From assembly GCA_030390025.1 (NCBI GenBank), contig CM059432.1, positions 112,098,001 to 112,162,000 of the forward strand: a stretch of DNA of 64,000 bases, in the 5' to 3' direction. How positions within the stretch are numbered: the stretch's first letter is position 1; each line of letters starts with the position of its first letter. The notes beneath the pieces were generated by a model. That model was not told the origin of the DNA, did no database searches, and saw only the letters and a list, made by a program, of their open reading frames with translations. Source of the DNA: Squalus acanthias (taxonomy: Eukaryota). The translations under genes were made by a program, and so were the position numbers. Shown piece by piece: positions 25,852 to 37,500 of the stretch.

Positions 25852-26130
25852 CATAGAAACATAGAAACATAGAATCTAGGAGCAGGAGTAGGCCATTCGG
25901 CCCGTCGAGCCTGCTCCGCCATTCAATACGATCATGGCTGATCATCCAAATCCAGTACCCTGTCCCTGCTTTAATCCCCACAGTACACATATCCCACCCT
26001 ACCCCCGTAACCCCACGTATTTAATTCCCCCTAACATATCCCATCCTATCCCCATAACCCCACATATTTAATCCCCCCTAACACTAAGGGTCAATTTATC
26101 ATAGCCAAATCAACCTAACCCACACATTTT
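25852..26130 (-). mobile_element. 5'-truncated retroposon (HE1/V-SINE-like, with a CR1/HER1-LINE-type 3' tail) inserted in the satellite
   Basis: The minus strand ends ...CCGAATGGCCTACTCCTGCTCCTAG-ATTCTATG-TTTCTATG-TTTCTATG, matching the CR1-clade terminal octamer repeat (ATTCTRTG-like). The other end reads AGTCCAAAAATGTGTGGGTTAGGTTGATTTGGCTATGATAAATTGACCCTTAGTG on the minus strand, resembling the distal conserved domain of elasmobranch V-SINEs as I recall it. The tRNA-derived head is absent. Confidence 0.8.
25987..26080. repeat. 47-bp tandem duplication inside the retroposon
   Basis: 25987-26033 and 26034-26080 align without gaps with 5 mismatches, all transitions, two of them CpG versus CpA. 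Confidence 0.9.
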
Positions 26131-26718
26131 TGGACTAATAATCCAGAGTCCAGGACAAATAGTAAAGAGTCCTGGACGAGTAATCCAGTGTCCTGGACTA
26201 GTACATCAGAGTCCTGGACTAGTAATCCAGAGTCCTGGACTAATAATCCGGAGTCCTGGACTAGTAATCCAGAGTCCTGGTCTAATAATACAGAGTCCTG
26301 GACTAGTAATCCAGAGTCCTGCACAAATAATCCGGAGTCCTGGACTAGTAATCCAGAGTCCTGGACAAATAATCCAGAGTCCTGGAGTAGTAATCCAGAG
26401 TCCTGGACAAATAATCCAGAGTCCTGGACTGGTAATCCAGAGTCCTGGACAAATAATCCAGAGTCCTGGCCAAATAATCCAGAGTCCTGGCCAAATAATC
26501 CAGAGTCCTGGCCAAATAATCCAGAGTCCTGGCCAAATAATCCAGAGTCCTCGCCAAATAATCGAGAGTCCTGGCCAAATAATCCAGAGTCCTGGCCAAA
26601 TAATCCAGAGTCCTGGCCAAATAATCCAGAGTCCTGGACAAATAATCCAGAGTCCTTGGCTAATAATCCAGAGTCCAAGACAAATAATCCAGAGTCCTGG
26701 ACTGGTAATCCAGAGTCC

Positions 26719-27060
26719 GAGGGGTAAAAATTCAGTTGGTTGCGCCTCCCGTTAGCGCCTTAAGAGGGCGCTAATGGGGCGCAAAGCCGCTAACGCCCGG
26801 GTGCAGCGATGTTTGCGCCGCTCGGGAACTTAACTAGATATTGTGCGGCGGCGCTAAACTTTACCGCTGCGACCACCTGCGCGCGCAGATTGTGACGTCA
26901 TTCCATGGTGCAACGCCCTTGTGGCGCCCCGGAGCGGAAATTGAGTGGCGCCCCCTGCCTTACCGCCTGACGCTAGCAACGACAGGTTGAGGGGAGCGTT
27001 CTGCAGTCATGAAGGGAAAGGGGGAGCGCTATTTAAAGGTGACCGCTTCCTGCCTTTTAT
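26719..27060. mobile_element. 342-bp GC/CpG-rich non-satellite insertion, probably one end of a DNA transposon (possibly PIF/Harbinger-like)
   Basis: Sharp junctions: ...CCAGAGTCC|GAGGGGTAAAAATTCAG and ...GCCTTTTAT|CAGTAATCC. Has an internal 12-bp inverted repeat (26748-26759 / 26767-26778, 1 mismatch) and many intact CpGs. No matching second terminus. The insertion is certain; the class is inference. Confidence 0.55.
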
Positions 27061-28549
27061 CAGTAATCCTGAGTCCTGGACTAATAATCCAGAGTCCTGG
27101 ACTAGTAATCCAGAGTCCTGGACTAGTAATCCAGTGTTCTGGACTAGTAATCCAGAGTCCTGGACAAATAATCCAGAGTCCTGGATTGGTAATCCGAAGT
27201 CCTGGACTGGTAATCCTGAGTCCTGGACTAATAATCCTGAGTCCTGGCCAAATAATCCTGAGTCCTGGCCAAATAATCCAGAGTCCTGGCCTAATAATCC
27301 AGAGTCCTGGCCTAATAATCCAGAGTCCTGGGCTAATAAGCCAGAGTCCTGGACCAGTAAACCAGATTCCTGTACAAATGATTCAGAGTCCTGGAATAAT
27401 AATTCAGAGTCCTGGACAAATAATCCAGAGTCCTGGACTAATAATCCAGAATTGTTGGACTAATGATTCAGAGTCCTGGACTAATAATCCAGAGTCCTGG
27501 GCTAATAATCCAGAGTCCAGGACAAATAATCCAGAGTCCTTGGCTAATAATCCAGAGTCCAAGACAAATAATCCAGAGTCCTGGACTGGTAATCCAGAGT
27601 CCTAGACTAGTAATCCAGAGTCCTGGAGAAATAGTCCAGAGTCCTGGAGAAATAATCCAGAGCCCTGGAGAAATAATCCAGAGTCCTGGACTAATAATCC
27701 AGAGTCCTGGACTAATAATCCAGGGTCCTGGACAAATACTCCAGAGTCCTGGACTAATAATCCAGATTCCTGGACTAGTAATCCGGAGTCCTGGATTTAT
27801 ACTCCAGAGTCCTGGCCAAATAATCCAGTGTCCTGGCCAAATAATCCTGAGTCATGGCCAAATAATCCAGAGTCCTGGACAAGTAATCCAGTGTCCTGGA
27901 CTAATAATCCAGATTCCTGGACAAATAATCCAGTGTCCTGGACTAGTAATCCAGAGTCCTGCACTAGTAATCCACAGTTCTGGACTAATAATCCAGAGTC
28001 CTGGACAAATAAGCGAGAGTCCTGGACTAGTAATCCAGTGTCCTGGAGTAGTAATCCAGTGTCCTGGACTAATAATCCAGTTTCCTGGACTAGTAATCCA
28101 GATCATGGACTAGTAATCCAGAGTCCGGGACTAATAATCCAGAGTCCAGGACAAATAGTAAAGAGTCCTGGACGAGTAATCCAGTGTCCTGGACTAGTAC
28201 ATCAGAGTCCTGGACTAGTAATCCAGAGTCCTGGACTAATAATCCGGAGTCCTGGACTAGTAATCCAGAGTCCTGGACTAATAATACAGAGTCCTGGCCA
28301 AATAATCCAGAGTCCTGGACAAATAATCCAGAGTCCTTGGCTAATAATCCAGAGGCCTGGCCTAATAATCCAGAGTCCTGGACTAGTAATCCAGAGTCCT
28401 GAACTAATAATCCAGAGTCCTGGACTAGTAATCCAGAGTCCTGGACCAGTAATCCAGAGTCCTGGACTAGTAATCCAGAGTCCTGGACTAATAATCCAGA
28501 GTCCTGAACCAGTAATCCATAGTTCAGGACTAGTAATCCAGACTCCTGG

Positions 28550-31500
28550 AAAATAATCCAGAGTCCTGGACTAGTAATCCAGAGTCCTGGACTAGTAATC
28601 CAGACTCTTGGACTAATAATCCAGAGTCATGGAATAATAATCCAGAATCCTAGACTAGTAATCCAGAGTCCTGGACTAGTAATCCAGAGTCCTGAACTAA
28701 TAATCCAGAGTCCTGGACTAATAATCCAGAATCCTAGACTAGTAATCCAGAGTCCTGGACTAGTAATCCAGAGTCCTGGACCAGTAATCCAGAGTCCTGA
28801 ACTAATAATCCAGAGTCCTGAACTAATAATCCAGAGTCCTGGACTAATAATCCAGAATCCTAGACTAGTAATCCAGAGTCCTGGACTAGTAATCCAGAGT
28901 CCTGGACTAGTAATCCAGAGTCCTGGACTAGTAATCCAGAGTCCTGGACTATTAATCCAGAGTCCTGGACTAGTAATCCAGAGTCCTGGACTAGTAATCC
29001 AGAGTCCTGGACTAATAATCCAGAGTCCTGGACTAGTAATCCAGAGTCCTGGACTATTAATCCAGAGTCCTGGACTAGTAATCCAGAGTCCTGGACTAGT
29101 AATCCAGAGTCCTGGACTAGTAATCCAGAGTCCTGGACTAGTAATCCAGAGTCCTGGACTAATAATCCAGAGTCCTGGACTAGTAATCCAGAGTCCTGGA
29201 CTAATAATCCAGAGTCCTGGACTAGTAATCCAGAGTCCTGGACTAATAATCCAGAGTCCTGACTAGTAATCCAGAGTCCTGGACTAGTAATCCAGAGTCC
29301 TGGACTAATAATCCAGAGTCCTGGACTAGTAATCCAGAGTCCTGGACTAATAATCCAGAGTCCTGAACTAGTAATCCAGAGTCCTGGACTAGTAATCCAG
29401 ACTCCTGGACTAATAATCCAGAGTCCTGGACTAGTAATCCAGAGTCCTGGACTAGTAATCCAGACTCCTGGACTAATAATCCAGAGTCCTGGACTAGTAA
29501 TCCAGAGTCCTGGACTAGTAATCCAGAGTCCTGGACTAATAATCCAGAGTCCTGGACTAGTAATCCAGAGTCCTGGACTAGTAATCCAGAGTCCTGGACT
29601 AATAATCCAGAGTCCTGACTAGTAATCCAGAGTCCTGGACTAGTAATCCAGACTCCTGGACTAATAATCCAGAGTCCTGGACTAGTAATCCAGAGTCCTG
29701 GACTAGTAATCCAGACTCCTGGACTAGTAATCCAGACTCCTGGACTAATAATCCAGAGTCCTGACTAGTAATCCAGAGTCCTGGACTAGTAATCCAGACT
29801 CCTGGACTAGTAATCCAGAGTCCTGGACTAGTAATCCAGAGTCCTGGACTAGTAATCCAGAGTCCTGGACTAGTAATCCAGAGTCCTGGACTAGTAATCC
29901 AGAGTCCTGGACTAATAATCCAGAGTCCTGGACTAATAATCCAGAGTCCTGGACTAATAATCCAGAGTCCTGGACTAATAATCCAGAGTCCTGGACTAGT
30001 AATCCAGAGTCCTGGACTAGTAATCCAGAGTCCTGGACTAGTAATCCAGAGTCCTGGACTAGTAATCCAGAGTCCTGGACCAGTAATCCAGAGTCCTGGA
30101 CTAGTAATCCAGAGTCCTGGACTAGTAATCCAGAGTCCTGGACTAATAATCCAGATTCCTGGACCAGTAATCCAGAGTCCTGGACTAATAATCCAGAGTC
30201 CTGGACTAGTAATCCAGAGTCCTGGACTAGTATCCAGAGTCCTGGACTAGTAATCCAGAGTCCTGGACTAGTAATCCAGAGTCCTGGACTAATAATCCAG
30301 AGTCCTGACTAGTAATCCAGAGTCCTGGACTAGTAATCCAGAGTCCTGGACTAATAATCCAGAGTCCTGGACTAGTAATCCAGAGTCCTGGACTAGTAAT
30401 CCAGAGTCCTGGACTAATAATCCAGAGTCCTGGACTAGTAATCCAGAGTCCTGGACTAGTAATCCAGAGTCCTGGACTAATAATCCAGAGTCCTGGACTA
30501 GTAATCCAGAGTCCTGGACTAGTAATCCAGAGTCCTGGACTAATAATCCAGAGTCCTGAACTAGTAATCCAGAGTCCTGGACTAGTAATCCAGACTCCTG
30601 GACTAATAATCCAGAGTCCTGGACTAGTAATCCAGAGTCCTGGACTAGTAATCCAGAGTCCTGGACTAGTAATCCAGAGTCCTGGACTAATAATCCAGAG
30701 TCCTGGACTAGTAATCCAGAGTCCTGGACTAGTAATCCAGACTCCTGGACTAGTAACCCAGAGTCCTGGACTAATAATCCAGAGTCCTGGACGAATAATC
30801 CAGAGTCCTGGACTAATATTCCAGAGTCCTGGACTAAATATTCCAGAGTCCTGGGCTAATATTACAGAGTCCTGGACTAATAATCCAGAGTCCTGGACTA
30901 ATAAACCAGAGTCCTGGACTAATATTCCAGAGTCCTGGACTAGTAATCCAGAGTCCTGGACCAGTAATACAGAGGCCTGGACTAGTAATCCAGAGTCCTG
31001 GACCAGTAATCCAGAGTCCTGGACCAGTAATCCAGAGTCCTGGACCAGTAATCCCGTGTCCTGGACTAGTAATCTAGAGTCCTGGACTAATAATCCAGAA
31101 TCCTAGACTAGTAATCCAGAGTCCTGGACGAATAATCCAGAGTCTTGGACTATTAATCCAGAGTCCTGGACCAGTAATCCAGAGTCCTGGACCCGCAATC
31201 CAGAGTCCTGGACCAGTAATCCCGTGTCCTGGACTAGTAATCTAGAGTCCTGGACTAATAATCCAGAATCCTAGACTAGTAATCCAGAGTCCTGGACGAA
31301 TAATCCAGAGTCCTGGACTATTAATCCAGAGTCCTGGACCAGTAATCCAGAGTCCTGACTAATAATCCAGAGTCCTGGACTAATAATCCAGAGTCCTAGA
31401 CTAGTAATCCAGAGTCCTGGACTAATAATCCAGAGTCCTGGACTAATATTCCAGAGTCCTGGACCAGTAATCCAGAGTCCTGAACTAATAATCCAGAGTC

Positions 31501-34500
31501 CTGGACTAATAATCCAGAATCCTAGACTAGTAATCCAGAGTCCTGGACTAGTAATCCAGAGTCCTGGACCAGTAATCCAGAGTCCTGAACTAATAATCCA
31601 GAGTCCTGGACTAATAATCCAGAATCCTAGACTAGTAATCCAGAGTCCTGGACTAGTAATCCAGAGTCCTGAACTAATAATCCAGAGTCCTGGACTATTA
31701 ATCCAGAGTCCTGGACTAGTAATCCAGAGTCCTTGACTAATAATCCAGAGTCCTGGACTAATAATCCAGAGTCCTGACTAGTAATCCAGAGTCCTGGACT
31801 AGTAATCCAGAGTCCTGGACCAGTAATCCAGAGTCCTGACTAATAATCCAGAGTCCTGGACTAATAATCCAGAATCCTGGACTAGTAATCCAGAGTCCTG
31901 GACTAGTAATCCAGAGTCCTGGACTAGTAATCCAGAGTCCTGACTAATAATCCAGAGTCCTGGACAAATAATCCAGAGTCCTGGACTATTAATCCAGAGT
32001 CCTGGACCAGTAATCCAGACTCCTGGACTAGTAATCCAGAGTCCTGGACTAGTAATCCAGAGTCCTGGACTAGTAATCCAGAGTCCTGGACTAATAATCC
32101 AGAATCCTAGACTAGTAATCCAGAGTCCTGGACCAGTAATCCAGAGTCCTGGACCAGTAATCCAGAGTCCTGGACCAGTAATCCAGTGTCCTGGACTATT
32201 AATCCAGAGTCCTGGATCAGTAATCCAGAATCCTGGACCAGTAATCCAGAGTCCTGAACTAATAATCCAGAGTCCTGGACTATTAATCCAGAGCCCTGGA
32301 CCAGTAATCCAGAGTCCTGGACTAGTAATCCAGAGTCCTGGACTAGTAATCCAGAGTCCTGGACTAGTAATCCAGAGTCCTGGACTAATAATCCAGAGTC
32401 CTGGACTAATAATCCAGAGTCCTGGACTATTAATCCAGAGTCCTGGACTAGTAATCCAGACTCCTGGACTAGTAATCCAGAGTCCTGGACTAGTAATCCA
32501 GAGTCCTGGACTAGTAATCCAGAGTCCTGGACTAATAATCCAGAGTCCTGGACTAGTAATCCAGAGTCCTGGACTAATAATCCAGAGTCCTGAACTAGTA
32601 ATCCATAGTTCTGGACTAGTAATCCATAGTGCTGGACTAGTAATCCAGAGTCCTGGACTAATAATCCAGAGTCCTGACTAGTAATCCAGAGTCCTGGACT
32701 AGTAATCCAGAGTCCTGGACAAGTAATCCAGAGTCCTGGACTAGTAATCCAGAGTCCTGGACTAGTAATCCAGAGTCCTGGACTAATAATCCAGAGTCCT
32801 GGACTAGTAATCCAGAATCCTGACTAGTAATCCAGAGTCCTGGACTAGTAATCCAGAGTCCTGGACTAGTAATCCAGAGTCCTGGACTAGTAATCCAGAG
32901 TCCTGGACTAATAATCCAGAATCCTGACTAGTAATCCAGAGTCCTGGACTAGTAATCCAGAGTCCTGGACAGTAATCCAGAGTCCTGGACAAGTAATCCA
33001 GAGTCCTGGACTATTAATCCAGAGTCCTGGACTAGTAATCCAGATTCCTGGACTCGTAATCCAGAGTCCATGACTAATAATCCAGAGTCCTGGACTATTA
33101 ATCCAGAGTCCTGGACTAGTAATCCAGAGTCCTGGACTAGTAATCCAGAGTCCTGGACTAGTAATCCAGAGTCCTGGACTAGTAATCCAGAGTCCTGGAC
33201 TAATAATCCAGAGTCCTGGACAAATAATCCAGAGTCCTGGACTAGTAATCCAGAGTCCTGGACTAGTAATCCAGACTCCTGGACTAGTAATCCAGAGTCC
33301 TGGACTAGTAATCCAGAGTCCTGGACTAGTAATCCAGAGTCCTGGACAAATAATCCAGAGTTCTGGACTAGTAATCCAGAGTCCTGGACTAATAATCCAG
33401 AGTCCTGAACTAGTAATCCATAGTTCTGGACTAGTAATCCATAGTGCTGGACTAGTAATCCAGACTCCTGGACTAATAATCCAGAGTCCTGAACCAGTAA
33501 TCCATAGTTCTGGACTAGTAATCCAGACTCCTGGAAAATAATCCAGAGTCCTGGACTAGTAATCCAGAGTCCTGGACTAGTAATCCAGAGTCCTGGACTA
33601 ATAATCCAGAGTCCTGGACTAATAATCCAGAATCCTAGACTAGTAATCCAGAGTCCTGGACTAGTAATCCAGAGTCCTGAACTAATAATCCAGAGTCCTG
33701 GACTAATAATCCAGAGTCCTGGACTAGTAATCCAGAGTCCTGGACTAGTAATCCAGAGTCCTGGACCAGTAATCCAGAGTCCTGAACTAATAATCCAGAG
33801 TCCTGAACTAATAATCCAGAGTCCTGGACTAATAATCCAGAATCCTAGACTAGTAATCCAGAGTCCTGGACCAGTAATCCAGAGTCCTGGACCAGTAATC
33901 CAGAGTCCTGGACCAGTAATCCAGTGTCCTTGACTATTAATCCAGAGTCCTGGACCAGTAATCCAGAGTCCTGAACTAATAATCCAGAGTCCTGGACTAT
34001 TAATCCAGAGTCCTGGACTATAATCCAGAGCCCTGGACCAGTAATCCAGACTCCCGGACTAGTAATCCAGAGTCCTGGACTAGTAATCCAGAGTCCTGGA
34101 CTAGTAATCCAGAGTCCTGGACAAATAATCCAGAGTTCTGGACTAGTAATCCAGAGTCCTGGATTAATAATCCAGAGACCTGGACTGGTAATCCAGAGCC
34201 CTGGACTAATAATCCAGAGTCCTGAACTAGTAATCCATAGTCCTGGACTAGTAATCCAGACTCCTGGACTAATAATCCAGAGTCCTGGACTAGTAATCCA
34301 GAGTCCTGGACTAATAATACAGAGTCCTGAACTAGTAATCCAGAGTCCTGGACTAGTAATCCAGACTCTTGGACTAATAATCCAGAGTCCTGGACTAGTT
34401 ATCCAGAGTCCTGGACTAGTAATCCAGACTCCTGGACTAATAACCCAGATTCCTGGACTAGTAATTCGGAGTCCTGGACTAGTAATCCAGAGTCCTGGAC

Positions 34501-37500
34501 TAATAATCCAGAGTCCTGGACTGGTAATCCAGAGTCCTGGACTAGTAATCCAGAGTCCTGGCTTAATAAATCAGAGTCCTGAACTAGTAATCCGGAGTCC
34601 TGGACTAGTAATCCAGACTCCTGGACTAATAATCCAGAGTCCTTGACTAGTAATCCAGAGTCCTGGACTAGTAATCCAGACTCCTGGACTAGTAATCCAG
34701 ACTCCTGGACTAATAATCCAGAGTCCTTGACTAGTAATCCAGAGTCCTGGACTAGTAATCCAGACTCCTGGATTAGTAACCCAGAGTCCTGGACTAATAA
34801 TCCAGAGTCCTGGACGAATAATCCAGAGTCCTGGACCAGTAATCCCGTGTCCTGGACTAGTAATCTAGAGTCCTGGACTAATAATCCAGAATCCTAGACT
34901 AGTAATCCAGAGTCCTGGACGAATAATCCAGAGTCTTGGACTATTAATCCAGAGTCCTGGACCAGTAATCCAGAGTCCTGGACCCGCAATCCAGAGTCCT
35001 GGACCAGTAATCCCGTGTCCTGGACTAGTAATCTAGAGTCCTGGACTAATAATCCAGAATCCTAGACTAGTAATCCAGAGTCCTGGACGAATAATCCAGA
35101 GTCCTGGACTATTAATCCAGAGTCCTGGACCAGTAATCCAGAGTCCTGAACTAATAATCCAGAGTCCTGGACTAATAATCCATAATCCTAGACTAGTAAT
35201 CCAGAGTCCTGGACTAATAATCCAGAGTCCTGGACTAATATTCCAGATTCCTGGACCAGTAATCCAGAGTCCTGAACTAATAATCCAGAGTCCTGGACTA
35301 ATAATCCAGAATCCTAGAGTAGCAATCCAGAGTCCTGGACTAGTAATCCAGAGTCCTGGACCAGTAATCCAGAGTCCTGAACTAATAATCCAGAGTCCTG
35401 GACTGATAATCCAGAATCCTAGACTAGTAATCCAGAGTCCTGGACTAGTAATCCAGAGTCCTGAACTAATAATCCAGAGTCCTGGACTATTAATCCAGAG
35501 TCCTGGACTAGTAATCCAGAGTCCTGAACTAATAATCCAGAGTCCTGGACTAATAATCCACAATCCTAGACTAGTAATCCAGAGTCCTGGACTAGTAATC
35601 CAGAGTCCTGGACCAGTAATCCAGAGTCCTGAACTAATAATCCAGAGTCCTGGACTAATAATCCAGAATCCTAGACTAGTAATCCAGAGTCCTGGACTAG
35701 TAATCCAGAGTCCTGGACTAGTAATCCAGAGTCCTGAACTAATATTCCAGAGTCCTGGACAAATAATCCAGAGTCCTGGACTATTAATCCAGAGCCCTGG
35801 ACCAGTAATCCAGACTCCTGGACTAGTAATCCAGAGTCCTGGACTAGTAATCCAGAGTCCTGGACTAGTAATCCAGAGTCCTGGACTAATAATCCAGAGT
35901 CCTGGACTAGTAATCCAGAGTCCTGGACTAATAATCCAGAGTCCTTGACTAGTAATCCAGAGTCCTGGACTAGTAATCCAGAGTCCTGGACTAATAATCC
36001 AGAGTCCTGGACTAGTAATCCAGAGTCCTGGACTAGTAATCCAGAGTCCTGGACTAATAATCCAGAGTCCTGGACTAGTAATCCAGAGTCCTGGACTAGT
36101 AATCCAGAGTCCTGGACTAATAATCCAGAGTCCTGGACTAGTAATCCAGAGTCCTGACTAGTAATCCAGAGTCCTGGACTAGTAATCCAGAGTCCTGGAC
36201 TAATAATCCAGAGTCCTGGACTAATAATCCAGAGTCCTGGACTAGTAATCCAGAGTCCTGGACTAGTAATCCAGAGTCCTGGACTAGTAATCCAGAGTCC
36301 TGGACTAATAATCCAGAGTCCTGGACTAATAATCCAGAGTCCTGGACTAGTAATCCAGAGTCCTGGACTAGTAATCCAGAGTCCTGGACTAGTAATCCAG
36401 AGTCCTGGACTAATAATCCAGAGTCCTGGACAAATAATCCAGAGTCCTGGACTATTAATCCAGAGTCCTGGACTAGTAATCCAGAGTCCTGGACTAGTAA
36501 TCCAGAGTCCTGGACTAGTAATCCAGAGTCCTGGACTAGTAATCCAGAGTCCTGGACTAATAATCCAGAGTCCTGGACTAGTAATCCAGAGTCCTGGACT
36601 AATAATCCAGAATCCTAGACTAGTAATCCAGAGTCCTGGACTAGTAATCCAGAGTCCTGGACTAATAATCCAGAGTCCTGGACTAGTAATCCAGAGTCCT
36701 GGACTAGTAATCCAGACTCCTGGACTAATAATCCAGAGTCCTGGACTAGTAATCCAGAGTCCTGAACTAGTAATCCAGAGTCCTGGACTAATAATCCAGA
36801 GTCCTGGACTAGTAATCCAGACTCCTGACTAGTAATCCAGAGTCCTGGACTAGTAATCCAGACTCCTGGACTAATAATCCAGAGTCCTGACTAGTAATCC
36901 AGAGTCCTGGACTAGTAATCCAGACTCCTGGACTAATAATCCAGAGTCCTGGACTAGTAATCCAGAGTCCTGGACTAGTAATCCAGACTCTGGACTAATA
37001 ATCCAGAGTCCTGGACTAATAATCCAGAGTCCTGACTAGTAATCCAGAGTCCTGGACTAGTAATCCAGAGTCCTGAACTAATAATCCAGAGTCCTGGACT
37101 AATAATCCAGATCCTGGACTAGTAATCCAGAGTCCTGGACTAGTAATCCAGAGTCCTGGACAGTAATCCAGAGTCCTGACTAATAATCCAGAGTCCTGAC
37201 TAATAATCCAGAGTCCTGGACTAGTAATCCAGAGTCCTGGACCAGTAATCCAGAGTCCTGGACCAGTAATCCAGAGTCCTGGACCAGTAATCCAGTGTCC
37301 TTGACTATTAATCCAGAGTCCTGGACTAGTAATCCAGAGTCCTGGACTAGTAATCCAGAGTCCTGACTAATAATCCAGAGTCCTGGACTATTAATCCAGA
37401 GTCCTGGACTAGTAATCCAGAGTCCTGGACCAGTAATCCAGAGTCCTGGACTAGTAATCCAGAGTCCTGGACTAGTAATCCAGAGTCCTGGACTAGTAAT

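Larger units (their letters stand above)
2888..28550. repeat. Proximal variant-rich satellite domain organised in higher-order repeats (HORs)
   Basis: Frequent variants GGCCAAAT, GGAGAAAT, GGACAAAT, GGGCTAAT, GGACTGGT, CCAGTGTCC and CCTGAGTCATGG recur in the same order in multiple blocks. The right boundary is approximate. Confidence 0.9.

Noticed and set aside
25082..27605. Chimeric ORFs 25082-25990, 26945-27463 and 27009-27605 with unique N-termini
   Set aside because: Read-through from the non-coding insertions into open satellite frames.
2888..28550. CRISPR-like array (palindromic constant part plus variable part)
   Set aside because: The variable part is only 4-5 nt drawn from a few recurring alleles. 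There are no unique spacers, leader or cas genes, and the context is vertebrate-like.
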